Source: Planktothricoides raciborskii GIHE-MW2 (GTDB lineage: Bacteria > Cyanobacteriota > Cyanobacteriia > Cyanobacteriales > Laspinemataceae). Taken from it: a DNA stretch of 64,000 bases. Of this stretch, positions 1 to 9,274 are shown piece by piece. Below the pieces are notes generated by a model, which saw only the letters and a program-made list of their open reading frames with translations, was not told the origin of the DNA and searched no databases. Numbering within the stretch: position 1 is the first letter of the stretch; the number at the start of each line of letters is the position of its first letter. The position numbers and the translations under genes were made by a program. The stretch spans positions 419,801 to 483,800 of the forward strand of contig NZ_CP159837.1 of NCBI RefSeq assembly GCF_040564635.1, in the 5' to 3' direction.

Positions 1-1236
1 ACCCCGTGGGGTTTCGTTCGCGGGGGCTTTGAATAGACCGCGTGTTTCGTCGGTGCGGCACCATACGCCCATCATGTGTCCGCAAGGAGGAACGAAAATC
101 GGGCGTCCACCGTTGCGGGGGTTGGCCACTTTAACCCAAGGATAGTAGAGTGCGCCAAACATGGAGCGCCGGTTAAACATACTTAACCAGGTGGCGACAT
201 CTTGGGGTTTTTGCTGTTCTGGGGGAATGGCTTTGTTGTCGTTTTTGCCCGGTTTGACTGGCGGTGGGTCGATGACGGCCATGCGATACGGTGGGCTGGG
301 TGCGGAGTTTTCGCACATACTGAGCATCATTTCCATGATGCCGTGGAGTTGATCTAGGTTGATTAGATTTTGTTGGTAAAGCAGCATCAGGTCGGGACAG
401 GCAATGATGGAGACATCATCAATTTCAAATATGCCTTGGACGCCTTTGCGATCGCTGCGATTTCCTTGCAGTTCTCGCGGTAGCTGATTCACGTCAGTAA
501 TATAAGCTGCCGGTGGGCTGACTTGATAGACTCCATTGGCGGGCCGCTTGGATAGGGCTGACACTGCGGGCAGTCCTGCTGCTAATTCCACATTCAGATA
601 TTGCGAATCGGCTAAAGCGGTGAGTACATAGCTGCCAACTTCAGCGGCTACTTCTTCTTTCATGGTTAGGTTGCTGAAGCTTTCCAGGGTTTCGTCGCCC
701 CGCTTCACTGTCACCTTAAAGTATTCGCCAGTGTCTAAAGGTGGTTCGCTGTCGTCTTCTGGCTGGATCGGGGTGTCGCTTTCGATCGCCACGGTCAGTT
801 GTCCGGTGACTGCGGGTAATGCGGCTTCATCTCCAGCAGCGGCTGCTCCTTTGACATTAAACAATAGAGCCGTAACGCCGGAAGATGTTAATAGTTTCGT
901 GGCGGTTTCTTGAGCCGTTGGCGCCGCCGCACCCGGTAGTCGGCTGCCAAGACTCGTGACCCAGCAACGACCGCCACCATTCAGGAACCAACCTTGAACA
1001 GCAAAGGGTAGATACGCGCCAAAGTCGGTAAACCCATCGGATCCGGGTTTGCCAAAATATTCTAAATACTGATCCCAAGTAGTGACTAACATCGGTTTGA
1101 AGGTTTCCGCGTCACCGCGTACATCTTCGGTAAAGCCGATAAAGCCAGGAACACTCAGGTTAACTCCTTCTATCGGTCGATTCCCCCGGTCTACTTCTTC
1201 GATGTAGACACCAGGGGCAAAATAATCCAAAGGCAT
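1..1236 (-). CDS. Partial CDS, N-terminal 412 aa of a contractile-injection-system / phage tail sheath-like protein. The gene continues beyond the window start.
   Basis: Translating the minus strand by hand from the ATG at 1236..1234 gives MPLDYFAPGVYIEEVDRGNRPIEGVNLSVPGFIGFTEDVRGD..., which is a classic tail-sheath N-terminus (PGVYIEE). It goes on through ...GIFEIDDVSIIACPD...YYPWVKVANP... A frame-1 scan of positions 1..1236 finds no in-frame stop (no TTA, CTA or TCA triplets on the plus strand). A GGAGGA Shine-Dalgarno sits 10 nt upstream. The ORF track omits this ORF because it runs off the window edge. Confidence 0.75.
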   Translation of the reverse strand, partial: MPLDYFAPGVYIEEVDRGNRPIEGVNLSVPGFIGFTEDVRGDAETFKPMLVTTWDQYLEYFGKPGSDGFTDFGAYLPFAVQGWFLNGGGRCWVTSLGSRLPGAAAPTAQETATKLLTSSGVTALLFNVKGAAAAGDEAALPAVTGQLTVAIESDTPIQPEDDSEPPLDTGEYFKVTVKRGDETLESFSNLTMKEEVAAEVGSYVLTALADSQYLNVELAAGLPAVSALSKRPANGVYQVSPPAAYITDVNQLPRELQGNRSDRKGVQGIFEIDDVSIIACPDLMLLYQQNLINLDQLHGIMEMMLSMCENSAPSPPYRMAVIDPPPVKPGKNDNKAIPPEQQKPQDVATWLSMFNRRSMFGALYYPWVKVANPRNGGRPIFVPPCGHMMGVWCRTDETRGLFKAPANETPRG

Positions 1237-1559
1237 AAGTGGATATCCTCCATTTGCTATTTGGCAACAGCTTGGCTTTTGGCAACAGGTCTAATCCCAA
1301 ACCGCTAATTCATCCCTTCATCCCTTGATCCCGCTAGTTCATTCCTTCATCTCTCGATCCCGTTACTTCATTCCAGTAGGTTGGCTTTGGTTTCCAGGAG
1401 GAGATGGGGAAATCTCTGGACTTAGACAGAACTTAAGCAGTAAAATGATTAATATTGGGTTTGATATTTTTCATGCGGAGGTGCGATCGCATAAAAGCAT
1501 CTCTGCATGGAAAATTTTCTTTGGTTTCTTTCTACTTCCCTAGAGCAAAGCTGAACCAG

Positions 1560-2093
1560 TTAATTGCTTGGCACGGTTGGCAGTTGCGACATTTCCACAT
1601 ACAATGGCAAGTCTGTTGCCACTGGCATAGGAATTGTCACGGTGACATATAAGGCGGGACGGAGCGGTACACCCAGAGCATTCCAGAGGGCGATGGTCTG
1701 ATTCAGATCGATGGTAGAAATATCGATGGGGACAATCGTAGAACCTCGGAGCGCGATCGGCAGAACTTCCTGGGGTAAGCAATGGTGGCTTAATAGCATC
1801 TTGAGTGCTTCTGAAAGCAGATGCTGCTCGCCGATCGCTGTGGCATCCCAGGCGGTAATCAAAAACGATAGGTCAAACCAAAGGATCGCCTCTGATTTCT
1901 GGCTGGTTTTGTCGGGTATTTGCTGATGTGACTGCCTCTGTTCATGGGGTCGAAGTTCATAACAATATAAGTTCAGCCGTGAGCCGATCCCCCGATCCAC
2001 TGTGGGGTGGTCGAAGTCAATTTGCTCCGTAGCAATTGAAGAGGCATTACCAGCCAGGATTTCTGCCAAACTCTGAGCAACCGCAGGAATCAT
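1560..2093 (-). CDS. DUF4255 (Pvc16_N / Afp16-like) protein, a putative contractile injection system cap/terminator component
   Basis: The 177-aa ORF lies immediately upstream of the sheath gene on the same strand. It has an N-terminal 'MIP...L..IL' segment and an 'LNLYCYELRP' motif that resembles the L.LYLY...N signature of the DUF4255 family. This is a pattern-based call that was not confirmed with an HMM. Confidence 0.5.
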   Translation of the reverse strand: MIPAVAQSLAEILAGNASSIATEQIDFDHPTVDRGIGSRLNLYCYELRPHEQRQSHQQIPDKTSQKSEAILWFDLSFLITAWDATAIGEQHLLSEALKMLLSHHCLPQEVLPIALRGSTIVPIDISTIDLNQTIALWNALGVPLRPALYVTVTIPMPVATDLPLYVEMSQLPTVPSN

Positions 2094-2237
2094 AAGTGGG
2101 TGATTAGGCCGTACAAGTTATAGATTAGTCACGGGACTGGCATCTGGTTATTAGACTTTGGTCGAAACTTTAAAAATTGTTGTGTTTTCTAGTCGTTTGC
2201 CCACATCTATGGTTAAGGTAGATGTGCTACCGATCCC

Positions 2238-3575
2238 ATGCCGATAAATAAGGGGATCCCCGCTTTAAAACTAGAAGGTGACTCTATGCAAAAGTTGAGT
2301 TTAGATCGGCACTTATCTTCAGGGATGGTGGGGAGTCAAGCACTCCCGCGATCGCCCTCGGCATCGCCCAATGCATCTCCTAAGCTATCTGGCAATTTGG
2401 TCAAGGTTTGTCAGCGACAATTAGCACAGTTAGTCGAACAACTACCCCTGCTGGGTGCTTGGTTGGTTTTTCGCGATCGCCCCTCTCCCTTGGGGAATAG
2501 GCATCGAATGGCTGTTGTCCGCGAAGAACGTCCGGGGTTCGATCGCCAAATCTTGTCTGAGATCGAGTCGGAACTGTGGCTACATTATGTAGATAGCGAT
2601 CGGCAAAATGTTCCTCCGGATCTCTATTTTTATCCTTTAGTTGCTACCGATGCCACGGACAAATCCGATATAGAAAATTCTGGCGAACTTTTGGCCTATT
2701 CTCCCGAAACTAATTCCGCTAATTTCGCCGCGATCGCTCCTCAGAAAGCCCTCTCTTTAAATGGCGATCGCTTCTGGATTTCTGACGATCCATCTGTAGA
2801 TGAGTATTTACTCTTGTGGGCGCATCAACCGCTTTCGGCGGCGGAACAACAAGCCACAGCGCAACGAGTTGAATTGCTCAGTGATTATTTAGTTATGGGT
2901 CGAGATCACGAGCGTCAACAAGAGGAAATTCAGTTACTAGAAATTGCGATCGGACGCAGCGAACATCAACTCAGAAATTACCTGGGAATGATTGGGCTTT
3001 ATGCTCAAAATTTGAATTGGGGTCTGTCAGATCCCATTTTTAAGGAACAGGCTATGATTATTGGTGATACGGTTCGGAATATGAGCCAAAATTTAACTCA
3101 ACTATTAAACTACACTAAACCGAAAAAAAACCATATTAAAGTGCAAAATTTTCAGCAAATAATCGAAAAAATATATCGGTTATTTGAGAATAAATTGGCT
3201 GAAAAAAAAGTCAGCTTTTTTTGGGAAAAGTCGCCTTTGGAATTTGAATTTGAACCTTGGCAAATTGAACAAGTTTTTGAGAATTTGTTGAGCAATGCTA
3301 TTGAATTTAGTCCCGTGGGCGGGGTAGTCAATTGTCATTGGCGGCTATTTAGGAATGAAGTGATGATTAAAATGAGCGATCGCGGGCCGGGATTTGCTCC
3401 CGAATACCTGAAAAATGCCTTTACTCCTTACTATTCTAAGCGTCCCGGAGGTACAGGTTTAGGATTGGCGATCGCTAAAAAAATTATCCTCGATCATCAA
3501 GGGTCGATTTGGTTAGAAAATCTTCCCGAAGGTGGGGGGCAAGTTTCCGTTGTTTTGCCCCGGTATGCTCGCTGA
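2238..3575 (+). CDS. Sensor histidine kinase (HisKA + HATPase_c)
   Basis: H-box 'RSEHQLRNYLGMIGLYAQNL', N-box 'LLSNAIEFS', G-boxes 'DRGPGF' and 'GGTGLGLAIAKKII'. No obvious TM segments. It is transcribed divergently from the CIS operon. Confidence 0.85.
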   Translation: MPINKGIPALKLEGDSMQKLSLDRHLSSGMVGSQALPRSPSASPNASPKLSGNLVKVCQRQLAQLVEQLPLLGAWLVFRDRPSPLGNRHRMAVVREERPGFDRQILSEIESELWLHYVDSDRQNVPPDLYFYPLVATDATDKSDIENSGELLAYSPETNSANFAAIAPQKALSLNGDRFWISDDPSVDEYLLLWAHQPLSAAEQQATAQRVELLSDYLVMGRDHERQQEEIQLLEIAIGRSEHQLRNYLGMIGLYAQNLNWGLSDPIFKEQAMIIGDTVRNMSQNLTQLLNYTKPKKNHIKVQNFQQIIEKIYRLFENKLAEKKVSFFWEKSPLEFEFEPWQIEQVFENLLSNAIEFSPVGGVVNCHWRLFRNEVMIKMSDRGPGFAPEYLKNAFTPYYSKRPGGTGLGLAIAKKIILDHQGSIWLENLPEGGGQVSVVLPRYAR

Positions 3576-3763
3576 TATAGGATTAATTAGGATTAATTAA
3601 AAAGTCAATCAGGTAATTTTACTAAATAACGTCCATTTATGGCAACACATCGATTCATTTCATGGAGTTGCTTTTTTCAAACCAGAATAACCAAAGATAT
3701 TTTTGCAATGATTGTTTGCTATTGATCTGGCATTGATATCGCTCTACAAAATAGGAAGAAGTA

Positions 3764-4456
3764 ATGCTAAATTATGAAATAAAATTACCACAAATCATTT
3801 CCATTTTATTAGTGGATGACGAACCAATGTTTCGCAAAGGATTAAAAACTTTGCTGGCATTTTATAGTGCCAATGGTGGTTTAACATTTAATGTAGTGGG
3901 GGAAGCCGCTTCCGTCGCCCAAGGGGTGAAACTGGCAGCGGAACAACATCCGATGATTATATTATTGGATATGGAATTACCCAAACAAGATGGGATTGAT
4001 GCTTTGGATCAGTTTAGAGAGTTAAAGTATAAAGGAAAAGCGATCGTTTTATCGGCGCATCGCGAGGATGAATTAATCTTTAAAGCGATGGAATCGGGGG
4101 CATGGGGTTATGTGTTTAAAGATTGTGTTGCCCAGCAATTATATGATGCGATCGCCACCGTGATTAAAGATGAAATTTATCTAGCCCCGGAAGTGATAAC
4201 GCGGTTTTTTCGGATGTTTCACTTTTATGGGGGACATTCTCTGACCGGCAATAAAACCGTTTATTTAACCGAACGAGAACAAGAAGTTTTACAGTGGTTA
4301 GTTCAAGGGGCTTCTAATGAAGAAATCGCTGAAAATCTTTGTGTCACTACCGCCACTGTTAAAGCTCATTTAACCTCGATATTTGAAAAATTTCAAGTCA
4401 AAAATCGCAGTCAAGCTATTGTTAAAGCCCTAAAACTGGGGTTAGTTTCGGCTTGA
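3764..4456 (+). CDS. NarL/FixJ-family response regulator (REC + LuxR-type HTH)
   Basis: Receiver motif 'ILLVDDEPMFRKGL' and LuxR HTH 'LTEREQEVLQWLVQGASNEEIAENLCVTTATVKAHLTSIFEKFQV'. Confidence 0.9.
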   Translation: MLNYEIKLPQIISILLVDDEPMFRKGLKTLLAFYSANGGLTFNVVGEAASVAQGVKLAAEQHPMIILLDMELPKQDGIDALDQFRELKYKGKAIVLSAHREDELIFKAMESGAWGYVFKDCVAQQLYDAIATVIKDEIYLAPEVITRFFRMFHFYGGHSLTGNKTVYLTEREQEVLQWLVQGASNEEIAENLCVTTATVKAHLTSIFEKFQVKNRSQAIVKALKLGLVSA

Positions 4457-4532
4457 TTCATTATTGGTTATTTGTTATTCGTGATTGTCTATGCCAGGGT
4501 AAAATAACAAATAACCAATAACCAATAACCAA
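4456..4532. terminator. Long AT-rich hairpin between convergent genes. It is built from AATAACC/AATAACA heptamer repeats and probably acts as a bidirectional terminator.
   Basis: TTCATTATTGGTTATTTGTTATTCG at 4456-4480 is the reverse complement of AATAACAAATAACCAATAA... at 4502-4530. Confidence 0.45.
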
Positions 4533-4534
4533 TA

Positions 4535-5062
4535 TTATTTGACTCGCACCTCGATCACACTGCCATTGAAGTTATACAGTAGGCCATCGAGTTCCACAGA
4601 TGTGCCAATTTTTAACTTGTTATTCCCTAAAACTGGGCCTGTCTCCGTCATGGTCGCTTTTCCCGCAATGGTTAAAATCATATTCAGGCGATAAGAATCC
4701 TCCACTCGTGGATCTGGGAGGACTTTTAGGGTGCCATCGGGTTGCGGTACGGCCAACTCATCGACGAGTCGTTTTACAGCCGTGACCTCAACTTCACCGT
4801 GAGGCTGATTGCGGATAATGATATTGGCTTTTTTGTTTTTCTCAAATTCTTTAATTAAACCATTCGGGTTACGCACACTCAGTCCCCGAACCAGCACATC
4901 CATTTCTACGGGTTTTGTGGTGACGCCAATTTGCGCGACTGACCCGGTTTTCCCCGGCAGAAAAAAGATGCCGATGACTACCAGCAAAATCACCAATCCT
5001 GCACCAATATCTAAGATGCTTAATTTACCAAATAAGCGCCCTTGCGAATCTAAAATCTTCAT
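4535..5062 (-). CDS. Conserved cyanobacterial hypothetical protein with an N-terminal TM anchor (DUF4330-like)
   Basis: 175-aa ORF. 'RLFGKLSILDIGAGLVILLVVIGIFF' forms a hydrophobic anchor. Confidence 0.55.
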   Translation of the reverse strand: MKILDSQGRLFGKLSILDIGAGLVILLVVIGIFFLPGKTGSVAQIGVTTKPVEMDVLVRGLSVRNPNGLIKEFEKNKKANIIIRNQPHGEVEVTAVKRLVDELAVPQPDGTLKVLPDPRVEDSYRLNMILTIAGKATMTETGPVLGNNKLKIGTSVELDGLLYNFNGSVIEVRVK

Positions 5063-5214
5063 CTACAAATATGCCCTATCCATCTAAGAGTTAAGGTAAA
5101 TCATCCGAACATTTTCTGGCTTGATCCGGCTAAAAGCCCTATCCCAGCTAGAAAAATTCTTAAGTCAGTATAGTGGCAAACGCTTTGATTTGTGGCGATC
5201 GCTTTTTAACTATC

Positions 5215-5345
5215 AGATTTGTTATCTGTTGTTGGTTGTTGCGTAGGGATTCTTTGGTTGTTGGTTCACTGTGACGAGTAACAAATAACAAATAATGAAT
5301 AATGAATAATAAATAACAAATAATGAAGTGAATAGTGAACACTCA
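5215..5345. repeat. STRR-like AT-rich heptamer tandem repeats (AATAATG / AATAACA)
   Basis: acaaataacaaataatgaataatgaataataaataacaaataatgaagtgaatagtgaa. Confidence 0.8.
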
Positions 5346-5357
5346 CTCAGGATCGAG

Positions 5358-5558
5358 TTAAATATCCTGACTTGAAGATGCTTTGAGACTGCGGTAGGTG
5401 AAGACTACCAGGATCAGCAGGACAACGGTGGGGATCCAGTTGGGGATCATGCTGGACAAAACCCAGACCTGACTTAACAAGTAGGTGGAAAATTCTAGGA
5501 TATAGGCGATCGCGATGGTAGCGATGGGCAGCAGAATGATTGGGAGAAGTTGCCACAT
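5358..5558 (-). CDS. Small hydrophobic membrane protein (2 predicted TM helices)
   Basis: 66-aa ORF that is almost entirely hydrophobic. Weakly supported. Confidence 0.3.
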   Translation of the reverse strand: MWQLLPIILLPIATIAIAYILEFSTYLLSQVWVLSSMIPNWIPTVVLLILVVFTYRSLKASSSQDI

Positions 5559-5746
5559 AGTTTTGTGCCTCTTGGACTAATTTACATTGTTTTTTTCAGC
5601 CTCGGGTTTGGCTGATGGTTCAAATAAATGTAACAGATGCTTATTAAATTGTCACATCATTTGTCAAATTTTTACAAAATTTATCGGAATGTTTAGTTAT
5701 ATGAAGTTAATTCGGTAAGTCTATGGGCTAATGGGCGATCGCTGAT

Positions 5747-5959
5747 TTAGGGATCGAGACTTAAGCGGTAGTTATAAGTACCTATCAATAGGAGAACTAG
5801 GGCTAACTGGATTTGCCAAGATGCGAGCACTAGGGACAAAATGAAGCAGATAATCGCGATCGCCCCACAGAGAACCGTGGCAATTTCTTCCTGAGATGAC
5901 AGGGATAATAGTCCCATTCCAAAGGCGATCGCCAAAGCAATGAAAGAAGAACTCAGCAT
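5747..5959 (-). CDS. Small hydrophobic membrane protein
   Basis: 70-aa ORF with two hydrophobic helices. Weakly supported. Confidence 0.3.
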   Translation of the reverse strand: MLSSSFIALAIAFGMGLLSLSSQEEIATVLCGAIAIICFILSLVLASWQIQLALVLLLIGTYNYRLSLDP

Positions 5960-6095
5960 TTTTACTCACCTTTTTGATTTCAACAGTTGCAGTAGAGTCG
6001 TAGGGTGGGCATTGCCCAGCCTACTGTTATTTAAATTAGTTAATTAAAAGCTAATGGCGATACACCTGAGTTGAAGAAAAGTGTGTGACACAAAT

Positions 6096-6160
6096 TAATC
6101 TGACACCGATGAATCAGACACCGATGAATCAGACACCGATGAATCAGACACCGAGAGATG
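6096..6160. repeat. 15-bp tandem repeat (GACACCGATGAATCA) x ~4
   Basis: Directly visible in the sequence at 6096-6160. Confidence 0.85.
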
Positions 6161-6287
6161 ACGGCAATGTGCCTTTGATACTAGCCTTTGGTAGTAGATG
6201 GAAAAGTGTTTTTTAGTGTTTTTTTTCAGACGCGATCGCTGTTGATTGGTTTCCGCAGGTGTGTTGCTATATCCGCAATGGTAAAAG

Positions 6288-8306
6288 TCAGGTATCAGCA
6301 GAGTCTTCCGGCAATTCACTGATTAACCCTAAATCTAACGGGGCTAAGTCGAAGTCTGAGTAGGAATATTCGGCGGTAAACAGGTCTGGAAGTGGCTTTT
6401 CTTCCAGAGAGTCGGGGGCGATCGCTGGGGTGGAATTGGTGAAAATTGCCCATAGTAGGGGATTTTTGGCGATAATTTGGTGCGATCGGGCAAACTGATA
6501 AACTTGTTCGGCGGTTAATCCATAATCAGACCTTTGTTGATAAACCTGCCATAAGGCTAATAAGGGTTTCAAATCTGCCCGTTGTAATTTGACCCATTTT
6601 CCCCCCATTTGAGAACATAATTTCGTTAGATAACCGTAGGCTTGCCAATGGGTCGGAATTGCTGGATTTTCAGAACTCAATATACAACCTTTGGTTAAGT
6701 CAAATTTTTCATATTCCACAAGGCGTTTTAAGGTGGCACAAAGGCTTTGGGGATGGTTTTGTGGGGCGATCGCGATGCCAATTTTCACGATTTGGCCATT
6801 TTCTTTGGCGATCGCTTGTAATTGGATATATTTCCGTTGTTTTTCACTCGGCAAACGGTCAACCCCTTCCAGGGTTACACTCCCAATGGTTTGTCCGATC
6901 GCCAACTCTAGGGAAAATTCCAGAATATCCGTTAATAAAAAGCGATCGGTCAAAGCGCGATCGACTTCTGCCTCGCTTAACCCTTCATGGTCTAAACTAT
7001 TAGCCCGGGCAAATAGCCGTTCGATCTGTTCGGCTGGGGAAACTTCCACGGACTGCACATTATCCGCACACCAGGTTAAAATTTGCCGAACGGTAAGCTG
7101 TTCCCGACCTAATGCTTTTAGCTGATCTGCATCAAAAGGATAGACCGGAGTTGGTGGGGTTAATTGGTAGGTTTGATAAAAATTTTGCAGCCAAAGGGCA
7201 ATTAACTGGACAATTTCCTCATCCACCATTTGTCGTAACCGAATTTGCTCGCCCATATCTGATAAATAAGAGGGAATTCCTTGGGGCAAATTTAGCACTT
7301 TATTATGCCAATTTTCCGGAGTCATTACTGTTAACAAAATTAGGGGATGATTGAGTTGCGATCGGGGAATCGTATCAAACAATCTTTTCACCAAACTGGC
7401 CACAATTCTTTCTCGTTTTAACCCAGTCTCTCCTTTATCCCTGGACTCCACCTCATCAAAACAAATAATCACTCCGAAATAATCACTAATTAAAGTTAAA
7501 AGTTGCACCACGGTTTCCCAAGCATCCGTGTCCCGGTATTTGTCCGTGTGATTCGGCAGCCCCAATTGTTCGGCTTTTTCCGTGGTCAGAGGATGACCCG
7601 CTAACCATTTCAAAGCATAAGGAGTTTGGGCATTACAGAGAGTCCAGATAATCCCGCGAAGTATATCCGGTTCGCCAATATTCGGTTTAATTCTGAAAAA
7701 GGCTTCGGTCAGTTGATTAATCCAAGTTTGGTTTTTCGCCAAGTTATTCCCTTGGAGATTTTTTACCAACTCTAAAGGATGAAAAACTCTGGCCTCTGGG
7801 TTCACCACTTTTAAGGTTTGGTTGGCAATTTCCGCTGCTAATTGCCACCATTGCATCACCCCTTGACTGCCTTTTTGCCGCAACCCATTGACGATGGTTT
7901 GTTGGAATTGGTAACGCAACAAGTTGGCATCGGTATATTGGCCTAAAGAGACGTAGATAAATAAGTTGCCTGGATGAGTTTTCAGGTGATGGCGAATGCG
8001 TCCAATTATATGACTTTTGCCCGTCCCGGTGGAACCTGTAATCGCGATCGAGGTCAGTTTGGGGTAACAAGAATTTGCCGTCAGCAGTTTTAAGACCGCA
8101 TCACTCGCATGACGGTTCAGGGTGGTGAGATCCGGGAAGGGTTCGCCCCAGATGTCTTGGTCAGTGACTACCGGGGGTCGGGCAAAGGGGTTATCTGCGG
8201 CGATCGCCTCATGGATCTCTTGCAATAATGAAATCGAACATTCGGCCATTTGGGGTTGGGTTATCTGTTTGGATCTAATAGTAATTCTTCTTCTAGTTTG
8301 CCTCAA
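6288..8306 (-). CDS. P-loop NTPase of unknown function (AAA/STAND-like, Walker A + Walker B)
   Basis: Walker A 'ITGSTGTGKSHIIGR', Walker B 'VIICFDEVES' and an N-terminal 'DNPFARPPVV...DIWGEPFPDL' segment typical of AAA_16/ATPase_2-like proteins. A more likely start is MAECS at about 8249. Confidence 0.7.
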   Translation of the reverse strand: MRQTRRRITIRSKQITQPQMAECSISLLQEIHEAIAADNPFARPPVVTDQDIWGEPFPDLTTLNRHASDAVLKLLTANSCYPKLTSIAITGSTGTGKSHIIGRIRHHLKTHPGNLFIYVSLGQYTDANLLRYQFQQTIVNGLRQKGSQGVMQWWQLAAEIANQTLKVVNPEARVFHPLELVKNLQGNNLAKNQTWINQLTEAFFRIKPNIGEPDILRGIIWTLCNAQTPYALKWLAGHPLTTEKAEQLGLPNHTDKYRDTDAWETVVQLLTLISDYFGVIICFDEVESRDKGETGLKRERIVASLVKRLFDTIPRSQLNHPLILLTVMTPENWHNKVLNLPQGIPSYLSDMGEQIRLRQMVDEEIVQLIALWLQNFYQTYQLTPPTPVYPFDADQLKALGREQLTVRQILTWCADNVQSVEVSPAEQIERLFARANSLDHEGLSEAEVDRALTDRFLLTDILEFSLELAIGQTIGSVTLEGVDRLPSEKQRKYIQLQAIAKENGQIVKIGIAIAPQNHPQSLCATLKRLVEYEKFDLTKGCILSSENPAIPTHWQAYGYLTKLCSQMGGKWVKLQRADLKPLLALWQVYQQRSDYGLTAEQVYQFARSHQIIAKNPLLWAIFTNSTPAIAPDSLEEKPLPDLFTAEYSYSDFDLAPLDLGLISELPEDSADT

Positions 8307-8334
8307 ATTCTGGCTGATGCGATCGATCTAACTA

Positions 8335-8405
8335 ATTCAGACACAGAAAACACAGAAAACACAAAGCCAGGACATCTCTGTATTCTCTGTGCTCTCTGTG
8401 TCTGA
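8335..8405. other. Imperfect palindrome / stem-loop between two minus-strand genes
   Basis: cagacacagaaaacacagaaaacacaa...tctctgtattctctgtgctctctgtgtctg. Confidence 0.5.
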
Positions 8406-8449
8406 AGTGGTAAATATCTTTCTGGAAATTACGGTTAATTTCCTAAATC

Positions 8450-9274
8450 TTAAGAATTATTTGACTTATTTGTTTCTGTGGCCACTTGCTGAACCACCGC
8501 CAAAGGTAAATCTAAGGCGCGGGCTATTTGTTCAACAGTCAAACCCTCCTTAAGCAAAGCAGGAATCGCTTTTAATTTGGTTTTTTCCTCACCTTTTTGT
8601 TCCCCTTTTTCCTCACCTTCTAAATAAGCTTCCTGATATACCTTGGTTTGTTTCAACTCACTTAAGCCAAACATTGCTTCAATCTCCTCTCTACTTTTTT
8701 TAGGTAATTTATAGACAATGATCGTTTCGATTAAATCCACCAAGTTTCGCTGAATTTGTTCATTAGTTAACTCTTGCTTTGCTTGTTGGATTAAACCTTT
8801 AGCCCGATCGACCGCTTGATCTGGTTCTTCTACAACTAGCTTAACAAGTCCAACTCCCAAAGAGCGATCGCCTATCTCCCCTAACTCATCTAAATAGACT
8901 CGTTTTACCCGGTTTAGATTGAGTAAATCGCCAAATTGAACAGCCACTTCTCTTTCTATACTACGAGTAGGATAAATTACCACCACATTCCAAGGGAATG
9001 GCGTTTGGTATTGCTTTAAATAGAGAAACAGTTCACTAAATAGACGATAGTATAATGTATCGTCCGGTTGAAACTGCACTTCAACCAGATAAAAAGGGCG
9101 ATATTCCTCGTTAGTGGTGGGTAAAAATAACCCATCTAATCGAAAAGCCAGTTGTTTGACTTCCCTCGATGTAAATTCATACCGAGTCGCCTCTGATGAC
9201 TCATTCCCGATTAATTCAAAAAAGCTTTGAGGGAATTCCAAAAATAGGCGGTAAAAAATACTGTCAGTTTTCAT
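8450..9274 (-). CDS. Rpn-family recombination-promoting nuclease / putative transposase (PD-(D/E)XK nuclease + C-terminal DUF4351)
   Basis: N-terminal 'FYRLFLEFPQSFFEL...TSREVKQLAFRLDGLFLP...YLVEVQFQPDDTLYYRLF' and C-terminal 'KGEQKGEEKTKLKAIPALLKEGLTVEQIARALDLPLAVVQQV', a family that is abundant in cyanobacteria. Confidence 0.8.
   Translation of the reverse strand: MKTDSIFYRLFLEFPQSFFELIGNESSEATRYEFTSREVKQLAFRLDGLFLPTTNEEYRPFYLVEVQFQPDDTLYYRLFSELFLYLKQYQTPFPWNVVVIYPTRSIEREVAVQFGDLLNLNRVKRVYLDELGEIGDRSLGVGLVKLVVEEPDQAVDRAKGLIQQAKQELTNEQIQRNLVDLIETIIVYKLPKKSREEIEAMFGLSELKQTKVYQEAYLEGEEKGEQKGEEKTKLKAIPALLKEGLTVEQIARALDLPLAVVQQVATETNKSNNS

Noticed and set aside
161-1078. Small ORFs 161..352 (+), 662..913 (+) and 857..1078 (-) in the ORF track
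   Set aside because: They lie in other frames or on the opposite strand within the uninterrupted 412-codon sheath reading frame (minus strand, frame ending at position 1), which has a strong family signature.
6659-7354. Plus-strand ORFs 6659..7003, 6691..7125 and 7112..7354 opposite the P-loop NTPase gene
   Set aside because: They are entirely antisense to a 672-aa ORF with clear Walker motifs, and have no motifs or ribosome-binding sites of their own.
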